In this document: piece by piece, positions 31,787 to 41,685 of the stretch
Layout: every line of letters begins with the position of its first letter
Numbering within the stretch: position 1 is the first letter of the stretch
From: Gemmatimonadota bacterium
Lineage (GTDB): Bacteria; Gemmatimonadota; Gemmatimonadetes; Gemmatimonadales; GWC2-71-9
Assembly (NCBI GenBank): GCA_016199245.1
Contig: JACQHC010000054.1
Location: 1 to 53,907, forward strand
Length of the DNA: 53,907 nt
Direction: 5' to 3'
The notes under the pieces: model-generated
Told to the model about the DNA's origin: nothing
Databases searched by the model: none
The model's input: only the letters and a program-made list of their open reading frames with translations
Program-made: the position numbers and the translations under genes

Positions 31787-32736
31787 ACTCACCGACCCAC
31801 CGCCTGCGCCTGATCGCCGCACTGGCGGCCGTCTGGTTCATCTGGGGCTCCACCTATCTCGGCATCCTCTGGGCGATGGAGACGATGCCCGGCTTTCTCA
31901 TGGCGGGCCTCCGGTTCGTCATCGCCGGCGGCGTGTTGTACATCTGGGCGCGGTGGAAAGGCGTGGTCGCCCCCACGCCTGCTCAGTGGCGCGTCGCGTT
32001 CGTCATCGGATGTCTGATGCTGCTCGGCGGCAACGGCGGCGTCGTGTGGGCCGAGCAGTACGTGCCGACGGGCCTCACGGCCCTGGTGATCGCGACCGAG
32101 CCGCTGTGGGTGGTGCTGCTCGACTGGGCCCGACCTCGGGGCACGCGGCCCACGATCGGTGAGGGCATCGGGCTGGTCCTCGGGTTCGCGGGGGCCGCGT
32201 TGCTCGTCGGTCCCGGAAACGGGGGCGGCGCGCCGCGCGTGAACCCGGCGGGCGCCGCCGTGCTCGCGGTCGCCACTGTGTCCTGGGCCACGGGCTCGAT
32301 CTACTCGCGCGGGGCGCCCCTGCCGGAGTCGCCCATCATCCGGGCGGGCATGAACCTGATCGGCGGAGGTGTGGGTCTTCTGGTCGCCGCGACGATCGCG
32401 GGCGACTGGGCACGGCTCGACATCGGGGCCATCTCGGCGCGCTCGGCGCTGGCCTTCCTGTATCTGATCGTGTTCGGATCCGTCGTCGCGTTCACGGCGT
32501 ACTTGTGGACCCTCCGCACCACGACGCTGGCGATCGCCTCGACCTACGCGTACGTCAACCCCGTCGTGGCGCTCCTCCTCGGATGGGCCCTGGCGGGCGA
32601 GGAGATCACGCCGCGGATTCTGGCCGCCACGAGCGTTATTGTCGGATCCGTCGTGATCATCACCGCCGCCCGGACGCGGACGTTCCGCTCGGTGGGGACG
32701 GCCGTCCGGAGAGCGCTGGACTGGGTGGGCGGGTAG
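31777..32736 (+). CDS. EamA/DMT-family transporter; start codon unresolved
   Basis: Ten predicted TM helices only if codons upstream of the first ATG (31876) are included. Codons 31801..31875 encode [25 protein letters not shown], a canonical EamA TM1. There is no ATG, GTG or TTG between the in-frame stop (31723) and 31876. Candidate starts are ATC 31777, ATC 31741 and CTG 31804. Confidence 0.7.
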   Translation: MEPHSPTHRLRLIAALAAVWFIWGSTYLGILWAMETMPGFLMAGLRFVIAGGVLYIWARWKGVVAPTPAQWRVAFVIGCLMLLGGNGGVVWAEQYVPTGLTALVIATEPLWVVLLDWARPRGTRPTIGEGIGLVLGFAGAALLVGPGNGGGAPRVNPAGAAVLAVATVSWATGSIYSRGAPLPESPIIRAGMNLIGGGVGLLVAATIAGDWARLDIGAISARSALAFLYLIVFGSVVAFTAYLWTLRTTTLAIASTYAYVNPVVALLLGWALAGEEITPRILAATSVIVGSVVIITAARTRTFRSVGTAVRRALDWVGG

Positions 32737-32810
32737 CCGGTCGCCGGGCGTCTCTTGCCGTAGCCTCCGGTTCCCTGCACTTTCCGGCATTCCCCGCCGT
32801 CGAGGGCTCG

Positions 32811-33278
32811 ATGCCTCCGATCACGTTGAACGTGAACGGCAAGGCGCATCAAGTGGATGTGCCGCCGGACACGCCCCTGCTGTGGGTTCTGCGCGATACA
32901 CTCGGCCTGACGGGCACGAAGTACGGCTGCGGTATCGGTCAATGCCTGGCTTGCTGCGTCCATGTGGATAGCGCCGCGACCTTCTCCTGCATGGTTCCGG
33001 TTTCCTCCGCACAGGGGAAGCGGATCACGACCATCGAGGGACTGGCGAACGGGAACGGCCTGCACGCGACTCAGCGCGCCTGGATCGAAGAGGACGTCCC
33101 GCAGTGCGGTTACTGTCAAACCGGACAAATCATGGCCGCGGCCGCGCTCCTTGCCAAGAATTCCAGGCCGTCGGATGAAGACATTGACGCGGCTATGAAG
33201 GGCAACCTGTGTCGCTGCGGCACGTACAACCGCATTCGGCGCGCGATTCACCGAGCCGCGAGGGAGATCGCCGAATGA
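32811..33278 (+). CDS. (2Fe-2S)-binding small subunit of an IorAB/aldehyde-oxidase-type molybdoenzyme
   Basis: Cys clusters [11 protein letters not shown] and CGYCQTGQ...CRCGTY. ATG 32811 replaces the long listed ORF start. Confidence 0.9.
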   Translation: MPPITLNVNGKAHQVDVPPDTPLLWVLRDTLGLTGTKYGCGIGQCLACCVHVDSAATFSCMVPVSSAQGKRITTIEGLANGNGLHATQRAWIEEDVPQCGYCQTGQIMAAAALLAKNSRPSDEDIDAAMKGNLCRCGTYNRIRRAIHRAAREIAE

Positions 33279-35395
33279 CCACCGCACGCGCGAAGCGGCC
33301 GCTCACACGCCGCGAATTCCTCGAAACGACTGCGGCGGCAGGCACCGGGCTGTTCATCGGCTTCCACCTGCCCGTCGCACGCACTCCAGCCACTGCCGCT
33401 TCTGCCGCCTCTGCCGCCGAGCTGAACGCCTGGATCCACATCAGCCCCGACGACATGATCACGATCCTCAGCAGCGAGTACGAAATGGGCCAGGGCGTCC
33501 TCACGTCCATTCCGATGATCCTCGCGGAGGAACTCGAGGCCGACTGGACGAAAGTCCGCTCAGAGCACGCCCCCACCGATTCCCGTAAGTACGGCATGCA
33601 GGGCACATTCGGCAGCACGAGCATCCGCCAGGGCTACGCCAGCCTGCGCAAGGCGGGCGCGGCGGCGCGGGAGATGCTGGTGCAGGCGGCCGCGGAGACG
33701 TGGGGAGTGGATACCGCGACTTGTCGCGCCGAGAGCGGCGCCGTGGTGCACGGTCCGTCAAGCCGGCGGTTGTCCTACGGTCAGCTAGCCGAGCGCGCGG
33801 CGCGCGTCACGCCGCCGGACAACCCGCGGCTCAAGGACCCGAAGGACTTCCGCATTATCGGGAGGTCCGTCAAGCGGCTGGACGTCGCTCCCAAAGTGAC
33901 GGGCGAGGCGACCTACGGGATCGACGTTCGTGTCCCGGGCATGTTGACGGCGCAGGTGGTTCACCCGCCGTTTTTCGGGGGCAAAGTGAAGAGCTTCGAC
34001 GCCGCCCGGGCGCTCGCGGTCCCGGGCGTGCGGCATGTCGTGGAGATCCCGACGGGCGTAGCCGTCATCGCCGACGATTTCTGGAGCGCCAAGAAGGGGC
34101 GTGACGCGCTGTCGGTCACCTGGGACGCGGGCCCGCACGCCGACTTGTCCAGCGCCAGGATCTCAACGCTGCTCCGGGAGTTGGTGGAGCGGCCCGGCCT
34201 GGTTGCCCGGAGTGACGGCGACGCGACGGCGGCGATCGCGGCGGCCGCGCGGCGGGTCGAAGCTGCCTACGAAGTTCCCTATCTCGCGCACGCGCCCATG
34301 GAGCCGCTCAACTGCACGGCGGACGTTCGGGCCGATCGGTGCGAGGTCTGGGCGGCAACGCAGTCCCCTGCCGGCACTCAACAGGCCGCGGCCAGGATCA
34401 CCGGCTTCCCTCCGGAGCGTGTCACGGTGCACGCGATGATGATGGGCGGCGGGTTTGGTCGCCGAACTCAGACTGACTTCGTGGCGGACGCGGTGCACGC
34501 TTCGAAGGCGGTTGGGAAGCCCGTGAAGGTCGTCTGGACCCGCGAGGATGACATGGCGGCGGGCTACTATCGTCCGGTCGGGTTCAACAAGCTCTCGGGC
34601 GGCTTCGACGCCGCCGGCAAACCGGTAGCGTGGAAGCACCTCATCGCGAGCGCCCCGCTCCGGGTCGGACAGAACGGCATGGACGGGACGGCCATTGAGG
34701 GCGCGGCAAACCTTCCCTATGCCATCCCCAACGTCTACGTCTCGTGGGCGAGGGCTGACCTGCCGGTGCCGACGCACTTCTGGCGCTCGGTGGGAAGCTC
34801 GCAGAACGGGTTCATCACCGAGTCGTTCGTGGACGAGCTGGCCCATGCGGCCGGCAAGGATCCCGTCGCTTTCCGCCTGGTGCTGCTCGCCGGTCACCCC
34901 CGACACCACCGCGCGCTCAAGCTCGCGGCTGAAAAAGCTGGCTGGGGCACGCCGCTGCCCGCCGGTCGTGCCCGCGGCGCGGCGGTGCACGAGGCGTTCG
35001 GCAGCATCGTGGCCGAGATCGCCGAAGTATCCGTCAACGGCAGCGGCGCCGTGCGAGTGCACAGGGTCGTGTGTGCCGTGGACTGCGGCATTGTGATCAA
35101 TCCGGACATCGTCGCGGCGCAGATCGAGAGTGCCATCGTGTTCGGCCTGTCGGCGGCGCTGTACGGGGAGATCACGCTGGAGAGCGGCCGCGTGAAGCAG
35201 CGCAACTACGACGACTACCCTATCCTGCGCATGGACGAGATGCCGGCCGTGGAGACGCACATCATTGCCGAGGGCGATCCGGTCGGTGGCATTGGCGAGG
35301 CCGGCACACCCACCATTGCCCCGGCGGTGTGCAATGCCGTGTTTGCGTTGACCGGAAAGCGGATTCGAAAGCTGCCTATTGGGAAGCTGACCTAA
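33275..35395 (+). CDS. molybdopterin-binding large subunit (IorB / xanthine dehydrogenase family), Tat-exported
   Basis: Twin-arginine signal [16 protein letters not shown]. The start overlaps the small-subunit stop (ATGA). Family-length 706 aa. Confidence 0.9.
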   Translation: MTTARAKRPLTRREFLETTAAAGTGLFIGFHLPVARTPATAASAASAAELNAWIHISPDDMITILSSEYEMGQGVLTSIPMILAEELEADWTKVRSEHAPTDSRKYGMQGTFGSTSIRQGYASLRKAGAAAREMLVQAAAETWGVDTATCRAESGAVVHGPSSRRLSYGQLAERAARVTPPDNPRLKDPKDFRIIGRSVKRLDVAPKVTGEATYGIDVRVPGMLTAQVVHPPFFGGKVKSFDAARALAVPGVRHVVEIPTGVAVIADDFWSAKKGRDALSVTWDAGPHADLSSARISTLLRELVERPGLVARSDGDATAAIAAAARRVEAAYEVPYLAHAPMEPLNCTADVRADRCEVWAATQSPAGTQQAAARITGFPPERVTVHAMMMGGGFGRRTQTDFVADAVHASKAVGKPVKVVWTREDDMAAGYYRPVGFNKLSGGFDAAGKPVAWKHLIASAPLRVGQNGMDGTAIEGAANLPYAIPNVYVSWARADLPVPTHFWRSVGSSQNGFITESFVDELAHAAGKDPVAFRLVLLAGHPRHHRALKLAAEKAGWGTPLPAGRARGAAVHEAFGSIVAEIAEVSVNGSGAVRVHRVVCAVDCGIVINPDIVAAQIESAIVFGLSAALYGEITLESGRVKQRNYDDYPILRMDEMPAVETHIIAEGDPVGGIGEAGTPTIAPAVCNAVFALTGKRIRKLPIGKLT

Positions 35396-35409
35396 GAGAC
35401 GATTCACGA

Positions 35410-35513
35410 CGATCGAGGGCGATCAGGGACGATCAGAGACGGGGGGCGATCAGCGGCCCTATGTTGTCAGCACGCATCGCAGCTGATCGCCCTTGATCGC
35501 CCTCGATCGCCCC
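35410..35513. repeat. inverted pair of 3 x 10-nt unit arrays (REP-like)
   Basis: Left array CGATCGAGGG CGATCAGGGA CGATCAGAGA (35410..35439). Right array TGATCGCCCT TGATCGCCCT CGATCGCCCC (35484..35513). The 27-nt arms 35410..35436 and 35483..35509 are complementary at 25 of 27 positions. A fourth copy, GGGGCGATCAGC, lies in the spacer. Confidence 0.6.
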
Positions 35514-35536
35514 GAACGCCTCTGATTGGAGGTTCG

Positions 35537-37126
35537 ATGCTCCAACGGATACTGACAATCGCCCTGATCGCCGCGATGCCTGGCGCCTCGCTCGCCCAGA
35601 CCCCACAGCAGTTTGGCGATCTCGCCGAGGGCCCCTACGGCCGGCTCGTGATCCGCAACGCCATGGTCGTCCCCGGTCACGGCGGGCCACCGGTGGGACC
35701 ATACGACATCGTGATCGAAGGCAACACGATCTCGCAACTGGTCCCGTTCGATCCCGTCACGGCCGAGCGGCAGGGCAGCCGAGAGCGGCCCACAGGCGAT
35801 CGCGTGATCGAGGCCAACGGTATGTATGTGATGCCGGGCATGATCGACCTGCACATGCACCTGCGTCAGGCTCCGGAAGAGATCGAGTACGTCTACTACC
35901 TCAAGCTGGCGCACGGCGTCACGACGCTCGTTCCGGGAGCCGATCGCGGGCTCGACAGCGGCATGGCGCAGGCCAGGCTGGCCGAGGAAAACCGCGTTCT
36001 CGCCCCCCGGTTGTTCCCGATCTGGAACTGGGGTCAGAAGACGAACTTCAAGCGCGCCGAGCTCGACGACGCGGGCATGGCCCCGCGCATCGCGCGAGAG
36101 ATGATGAAACAGGGCGCCCACGTGGTGAGCGTGGGGAACCTGGGGTGGAGCCAGGAACTGTTCGGCGCGGTTTGCAAGGCGGTATGGGACGCCGGCGGGA
36201 TCACGACCGTGCACCTGCCGCCCTCGACCAACGCCGTAGTGCACGCGGTGGACGCCGCGAGGCTCGGCGTCACGATGATCGAGCACCACTATGGGTACGC
36301 CGAGGCCTCGCTCGACCGCAACGTCCAGGATTTCGGTCGCGAGTACAACTACGACAACGAGAACCATCGGTTCCGCTACGCCGGCAAGGTCTGGACCGAG
36401 GCGAACGAGCCGCGCCTGCTCTCCGAGGTGGCCGACTCGCTGGTGCGCTACGGGGTCACCATGCTCCCAACGCGCGTGGTGTACGAGGCCAATCGGGACA
36501 TCGAGCGGGCACAGAGCCTGCCGTGGCACGAGAAGTACACGCACCAGGCGCTGATCAATTGGAACCTGCCCAACCCCGCCTATCACGGCTCGTTCCACTA
36601 TGACTGGACGTCGGACGACGAATACTACTGGTCCCGTGCGTTCGACCTGTGGGGAGACTTGATCTACGAGTTCAACAAACGCGGCGGCCGCGTGGCCTAC
36701 GGCACGGACGACAACTTCATCTGGGCCACGCCCGGGTTCTCCAACATCCGCGAGCTGCAACTGCTGCGTGAGACTGGCATGCACGCGCTCGAGGTGATCA
36801 AAGCGGCGACGCACAACAGCGCCCAGACGCTCCGGCAGCCCAGACTCGGCCTGGTGCACCCGGGCTACCTCGCCGACCTGGTGATCGTGGACGGGAGCCC
36901 GCTCTACAACCTGCGCTTCCTCTATTCGTTCGGTGCCCTCACGCTCGACAAGAATGGCGAGATGATCCGCACCAAGGGCATCGTCCACACGATCAAGGAC
37001 GGGATCGTGATCAACAACGCCCGCATGATGGAGGAAGTGGCGAAGATGGTCGCGAAGTCAAAGGACGGCGTGGGGCCGAACGCGGTGACGGCGCCGTTTG
37101 TCGCCGGGACGAATGGGAGGCCGTGA
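35537..37126 (+). CDS. secreted amidohydrolase-family metallohydrolase
   Basis: Signal peptide MLQRILTIALIAAMPGASLAQ and metal-binding MPGMIDLHMHL. GGAGG lies 4 nt upstream of the ATG. Confidence 0.85.
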   Translation: MLQRILTIALIAAMPGASLAQTPQQFGDLAEGPYGRLVIRNAMVVPGHGGPPVGPYDIVIEGNTISQLVPFDPVTAERQGSRERPTGDRVIEANGMYVMPGMIDLHMHLRQAPEEIEYVYYLKLAHGVTTLVPGADRGLDSGMAQARLAEENRVLAPRLFPIWNWGQKTNFKRAELDDAGMAPRIAREMMKQGAHVVSVGNLGWSQELFGAVCKAVWDAGGITTVHLPPSTNAVVHAVDAARLGVTMIEHHYGYAEASLDRNVQDFGREYNYDNENHRFRYAGKVWTEANEPRLLSEVADSLVRYGVTMLPTRVVYEANRDIERAQSLPWHEKYTHQALINWNLPNPAYHGSFHYDWTSDDEYYWSRAFDLWGDLIYEFNKRGGRVAYGTDDNFIWATPGFSNIRELQLLRETGMHALEVIKAATHNSAQTLRQPRLGLVHPGYLADLVIVDGSPLYNLRFLYSFGALTLDKNGEMIRTKGIVHTIKDGIVINNARMMEEVAKMVAKSKDGVGPNAVTAPFVAGTNGRP

Positions 37127-37237
37127 GAGCCGCCGATTTCGAGCCGCCGGCAGCCTTCGGAGTTCGCGCCCCGGCATCGCATCGGCTCGTACCGCCCACT
37201 CACCCTTCGAAATCGTCGATCGGCGATCTGAGGTCTC

Positions 37238-40159
37238 TCAGTTCTTCTCTCCCACCAGCCTCCGTAGCTGCTCCCGAATCAGATCGTCCTTTGCCCGTTG
37301 CTCCGGCTCGGCCTTGCCCCGTGGCCGGAGGTATTGATCCCACGCCCACACCGCCTCGGCCGTGTCACCGAGCAGCGCCGAGAGCCGCCCCTGCTCAGCG
37401 AGCATTGGGGACGTGGTTACCGCGCCGAAGTGTTCCCACCGGCGCGAGGCGTCGCGGGCGCGACGGGGATCACCGAGAGACTCCCAGGCCCTGGCAAGCG
37501 CGAGGTTGACGGCGTTCCGGATGTCCGGAGGCAAAGGCGGACCGGTGCGCGCGAGCGAATCGGCGTACTGGACGGCGGGCCGCATCGCGCCGGCCTCGGT
37601 CGTGACCGCAGTCAGGAGCGTCGCGCACACCTGCGCCGTCACACCCGCCGGCGTGTTCCCTGCTGTACGCGCCTGGGTGCGGAGCTGTGCCGTCTCCCGC
37701 AGGACGTCGGACTGGGCTTGCCTGGCGAGGTGCCACAGACCCAGGACACACCGTGCTCGCGGTGGCCGCTCGGAGCCGGCAAGACGCGCAACGGCGATTC
37801 CCGCCTGGGCCGTGTCTCCGTCCCCAAACAGGGCGGCGAGAATGGTCGCGACATCGTCGTCCAGCTCGAGCTGGCGCACCTCGCGTTCCAAACGGTCCGT
37901 CACGGCAAGTGCCGCACGGGGTTGGCCGGCCCGCCAGTGGGTAAGCCGAAGAGCCCGCAGCGCCGCAGCGCGCTCAGCGGCGCTCCCAGCCCTGCGCACC
38001 CGTTCCGTGTGTGCTCGAAGGCCGTCCTCCGGAGACCCGCTGAACAGGGCGTATACTCCGGAGATGTTGAGGACCTCGGGCGTGTATTGTCCCAGCCCGG
38101 CGCGCCACCGCCCGACTGCCGCCGAGTCCCCGAGTACCAGCGCCGCGGAGAGCGAGCGCTCCACGTCCCCCGCGTAGAAATCCGGGAAGGAATCGGCAAA
38201 CGCCCGAATACGAACCGGATCTTCCGCGTCCAGTGCAAGATCCAGCAGATGGGTGAGGACCGGTGCGAAGCGAGGGTCGAGTTCGTGCGCCCGTTGGAAG
38301 CCCGCGCTCGATCGCTCGCGCACCTCGTCCTCGGTCATCCCGATGACCCGGCCGAAATGGAAGATCTCGTCGGCCAGCAGGTACCAGGCTTCCACCCGAT
38401 CGCCCAGCTCGGCCACGCCGCGCTCGCGCGCCCGGTATCGCTCTTCAACACTCAGGGGCGCGGGGTAATTCGGACGATAGGCATCGAGCAGCGTCTGGTC
38501 ACGCGGGCTCAGGCGGTCGCGGTACGCCCACGCGAGCCGCACGCCGGGGCTTGGCGGTGCGGTCAGGACCCAGCCCGCGGAGATCGAGTGGGCGAGCGCT
38601 GCGAGCGCGAAGGTCGAGTCCACGCCGATCGCACGGCCGAACGCAGCGAGGGCTTCCTCGAATCGCCCCTCCCGATACGCGCTCTGCCCCTCGAGGTACG
38701 CTCGGAGGGCCGCGAGCGGGACGTCAGCGAGCGCGGCCGCCGTGGAGGCTTCCTCTCCTGCGCCGAGGCTGAGCAACTGCGCGGCGAGTCGTCGGGCCAG
38801 GCCGGCCACACTGTCTGCGCTCCCGCTCACGGAGGCCTGGACCGGACTTCCAGACCCCGTAACCGGCGTCAGCGTAGCATTGATCACCAGATTGGCTGCG
38901 GATCCGACCATGCCGCCGCGCAGCAGCAGCCCGGCGCCGAGGGTCCGGGCAACCCGCTGCTCCTCCGCTTCCGTGAGGCCTTCCGCTGCTGATCCGCCGG
39001 CCCGCTGCCACGCGCTGATCGCCGTCTGCGACGCGACCGCACGCGGCCCGCCCTCGCCCGTGAGATTGCTCTCGAGCAGGTTGACGATCCCTTCACGCAA
39101 GTAGGCCACGTCCGACCCGGCGCTGAATTGAAACGGGAATACGGCGACGAGATTCGGATCGAGCGGCGGGCCACCGCCGCGGCTCGCCATCCAGACGGCG
39201 CCGACGCCGATGACCAGCACGACACCCGCGATCACCGCGACACGCCGATGACGCGCGAGGGGCCGCGGGACGGCGCCAACCGGGCGCGTGGACGTCGGGG
39301 TAATCCCACCACTCGGCGTCACGACCAACGCCTCGAGCTGTCGCAGCACGTCGTCGGCCGTCTGCCACCGGTCGGCGGGTTTCTTCTCCAGGCATTTCAT
39401 GATGACCTGAGCGAGCGGGGCCGGAACCGCGGGCCTATGGTCCGTCACCGGCCTCGGCACCTCGGTCACGTGGGCGGCGAGGATCATCTGCGCCGTGTTA
39501 CCGGTAAACGGCGGCCGGCCGGCGAGCAGCTCATAGCCCATGGCGCCGAGCGCGTAGATGTCGGCGCGCGCGTCAATGTGGGACTCGCCCGCCGCCTGCT
39601 CGGGGGCCATGTACAGGGGCGTGCCCAGCGCCACGCCCGCAGTGGTGAGCTTGTCGCGGCCGGTGGCGTCGCTCACCGCTTTGGCGACGCCGAAGTCGGT
39701 GACCATGGCGTGCCGCCCCGCCAGCAGCACGTTGTCCGGCTTGATGTCGCGATGCACCACGCCCATGGTGTGCGCGTGCGACAGCGCATCGCTCACCTCC
39801 CGGAGAATCCGCACCGCTTCCTCGACCGGGAGCTCGCTCTCGCGTGCGAGTCGGGCGCGCAGCGACTCGCCCTCGATGTAGGGCATCACGTAGAAGAGGA
39901 AGCCGCTCGCCTCGCCCGAATCGTGCAGCGGGAGAATGTTCGGGTGAGTCAGGTTGGCCGCGATGCGGATCTCGCGCAGGAACCGTTCGGGTCCGAGTGC
40001 GGCGGCCAGGTCCGGCCGCAGGACTTTCAGCGCGACGCGCCGGTCGTGCCGCAGGTCCTGCGCGAGATAGACGGTGGCCATCCCGCCCTGGCCGAGCTCG
40101 CGCTCGATCTGGTAGCGGCCGGAGAGGGCGGCCGAGAGGCGGTCGGGGATAGACGTCAC
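37238..40159 (-). CDS. Ser/Thr protein kinase with TM segment and long TPR-like extracytoplasmic/sensor region
   Basis: Hanks motifs GQGGMATVY, ALK, HRDIKPDN, DFG, APE. One TM helix (VAVIAGVVLVIGVGAVWMA). About 640 aa of helical-repeat tail. Confidence 0.9.
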   Translation of the reverse strand: MTSIPDRLSAALSGRYQIERELGQGGMATVYLAQDLRHDRRVALKVLRPDLAAALGPERFLREIRIAANLTHPNILPLHDSGEASGFLFYVMPYIEGESLRARLARESELPVEEAVRILREVSDALSHAHTMGVVHRDIKPDNVLLAGRHAMVTDFGVAKAVSDATGRDKLTTAGVALGTPLYMAPEQAAGESHIDARADIYALGAMGYELLAGRPPFTGNTAQMILAAHVTEVPRPVTDHRPAVPAPLAQVIMKCLEKKPADRWQTADDVLRQLEALVVTPSGGITPTSTRPVGAVPRPLARHRRVAVIAGVVLVIGVGAVWMASRGGGPPLDPNLVAVFPFQFSAGSDVAYLREGIVNLLESNLTGEGGPRAVASQTAISAWQRAGGSAAEGLTEAEEQRVARTLGAGLLLRGGMVGSAANLVINATLTPVTGSGSPVQASVSGSADSVAGLARRLAAQLLSLGAGEEASTAAALADVPLAALRAYLEGQSAYREGRFEEALAAFGRAIGVDSTFALAALAHSISAGWVLTAPPSPGVRLAWAYRDRLSPRDQTLLDAYRPNYPAPLSVEERYRARERGVAELGDRVEAWYLLADEIFHFGRVIGMTEDEVRERSSAGFQRAHELDPRFAPVLTHLLDLALDAEDPVRIRAFADSFPDFYAGDVERSLSAALVLGDSAAVGRWRAGLGQYTPEVLNISGVYALFSGSPEDGLRAHTERVRRAGSAAERAAALRALRLTHWRAGQPRAALAVTDRLEREVRQLELDDDVATILAALFGDGDTAQAGIAVARLAGSERPPRARCVLGLWHLARQAQSDVLRETAQLRTQARTAGNTPAGVTAQVCATLLTAVTTEAGAMRPAVQYADSLARTGPPLPPDIRNAVNLALARAWESLGDPRRARDASRRWEHFGAVTTSPMLAEQGRLSALLGDTAEAVWAWDQYLRPRGKAEPEQRAKDDLIREQLRRLVGEKN

Positions 40160-40205
40160 GAGCGGGTGAAAATACCGGCTGCCGGACGAGCGGGCGAGGT
40201 CGCCC

Positions 40206-40655
40206 TCACCCTTCGGCGCGCGGCGGGCGGAAAGACTTCGAGGAGCGACTGGCCCGCATGCGCCGGCGTACCGGTGCGTCAGGCTGCCAGGGCCCGGCGA
40301 GTCGCGTGCCGGTCCGGATGATCTCCGTTGCGAAGGGATCTTGATCGGCCAACCGGGCCGTCACCTCGGCTTCGGTCCACGGGAAAATCTGAACCGCGAC
40401 ACCCAGCCCCTCGAACCGTTGGGCGTAGTCGGGCACGCGGTCCAGCCCGCGGCGGGCGTCCTCCCGCAGCACCACCAACAGCTCCGCGTCGCTGGACGGC
40501 GTCGCACCGCCCGTGACCAGGGGCCCAAACAAGATCACGCCGACGACGTTCGGGTCGGAGGCACAGGTTTCCCGCGCCCTACGCTTGAGGTGCGCGACGA
40601 CGGCCCCGACGTCAAGAAACGTGACGTGTACAGAACTTGATGATCGCCTCGGCAT
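40206..40655 (-). CDS. minimal nucleotidyltransferase (MNT-like) domain protein
   Basis: NTase signature region ILFGPLVTGGATPSSDAELLVVL (G-x-spacer-D-x-E). The ORF overlaps the upstream HEPN gene by 44 nt if ATG 40655 is used. Confidence 0.7.
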   Translation of the reverse strand: MPRRSSSSVHVTFLDVGAVVAHLKRRARETCASDPNVVGVILFGPLVTGGATPSSDAELLVVLREDARRGLDRVPDYAQRFEGLGVAVQIFPWTEAEVTARLADQDPFATEIIRTGTRLAGPWQPDAPVRRRMRASRSSKSFRPPRAEG

Positions 40656-41001
40656 CCTTGATGGCTGCGCTCGAGTCCTGAGCCGTGTAGTAGTCGCGCG
40701 GGGCCCCGCGATCGAAACCGTAGGGATAGCGCGTGGGGACGTAGTGCCGGTCGAGCCGGCGGGCCGCGTCCAGTAAATCCGGGGAGAATTGCTCGGGCCT
40801 GGGGAGCCCGCTTACCACGGCAACGATCGCGTGTCCGTGCGCTTCGCCCCCGAGGCCCGCCACCAACGCCTTGACGCATTTCTCCGCCGCCTGGTGGGAG
40901 GCAAAACACGCCCACTCATGGAAGCCGCCCGCCACGGCGTGGCGCGCGAGCTCGAGATCGCGGCGTGACTGATTCAGCCAGTCCTGTGCGCGGTTTGACA
41001 T
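40612..41001 (-). CDS. HEPN-domain protein
   Basis: HEPN fold blocks (AQDWLNQSRRDLELAR, ACFASHQAAEKCVKAL) and the R-x4-H motif RRLDRHYVPTRYP. ATG 41001 has GGAG 2 nt upstream. Confidence 0.75.
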   Translation of the reverse strand: MSNRAQDWLNQSRRDLELARHAVAGGFHEWACFASHQAAEKCVKALVAGLGGEAHGHAIVAVVSGLPRPEQFSPDLLDAARRLDRHYVPTRYPYGFDRGAPRDYYTAQDSSAAIKDAEAIIKFCTRHVS

Positions 41002-41080
41002 AGCTCCAAAGGTATCCCGGGGCGCGGCGCGCGCACCGGGTAGCCATAATGGTTCACCGGTATTCCCCGATCCGCAATCG

Positions 41081-41500
41081 TCAGTCCGCTGCCCGCCCCC
41101 GCCCCCGCTCTGCCTCCGCCACGATCGCAATCCCGCCGCGCACGTTCTGATTCACCCGCACCTTCACCCACTTGGGCTGGATCGCATACACCACGTCATC
41201 TGCGATCTGGCCGGCAAGCGTCTCGCAGAACGCGCCTTGATCGCGATAGGACCAGAGGTAGTACTTGAGTGCTCTGGACTCGAGGCACTTCGCTTTGGGG
41301 ATATACTCGATGACCACACTGCCGAAGTCCGGCTGGCCGGTCTCGGGGCAGACCGAGGTGAACTCGGTCCCGATGAGCGTGACGCGCTGCACGTCGGGGG
41401 CCCGGAACGCCTCGGCGCGAAGGACCTCGCGGGCCTGTTCTGGGCTCCTGGGCCGCGGCAACGGACCCCGACGCGGAAGGGAAGCCGGTTTTCGTTTCAC
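41081..41500 (-). CDS. queF: NADPH-dependent 7-cyano-7-deazaguanine (preQ0) reductase
   Basis: Unimodular QueF motifs EFTSVCPETGQPDF and CLESRALKYYLWSYR. GTG start. Confidence 0.92.
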   Translation of the reverse strand: MKRKPASLPRRGPLPRPRSPEQAREVLRAEAFRAPDVQRVTLIGTEFTSVCPETGQPDFGSVVIEYIPKAKCLESRALKYYLWSYRDQGAFCETLAGQIADDVVYAIQPKWVKVRVNQNVRGGIAIVAEAERGRGRAAD

Positions 41501-41535
41501 GGAGATCGGCCCCCACAGTCCGCCAACATCATCCC

Positions 41536-41685
41536 GATTCGCCCTTGCGCCACCCTGCGTCGTCTCCGGTCGCCCGTGGTCGCCTTTCGTCGCCCGTTGT
41601 CTGCGCGGCTGAAGCCGCGGCTCGGCTCCGCCTGTCGCTCAAGCGACGGAGGTCACGTCGCCCGTTCATCGCCCGTCATCGCCCG
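41536..41685. repeat. two direct arrays of 3 x 10-nt units flanking small hairpins (REP-like family)
   Basis: GGTCGCCCGT GGTCGCCTTT CGTCGCCCGT (41568..41597) and CGTCGCCCGT TCATCGCCCG TCATCGCCCG (41656..41685). GATTCGCCCTT is at 41536. Hairpins GCGGCT/AGCCGC and GTCGCT/AGCGAC lie between the arrays. The last unit contains the pirin stop codon. Confidence 0.55.

Noticed and set aside
31770-32162. 130-aa ORF from TTG 31770 as an alternative N-terminus for the transporter
   Set aside because: It is in a different frame from the EamA homology, and its translation is Arg/Gly-rich with no TM helices.
35410-35513. CRISPR array or iteron-type replication origin as an explanation of the 10-nt arrays (also 19005..19101 and 41568..41685)
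   Set aside because: The units are only 10 nt long and directly abutting, with no spacers. There are three per array and no cas or rep genes nearby. REP-like or structural elements fit better.
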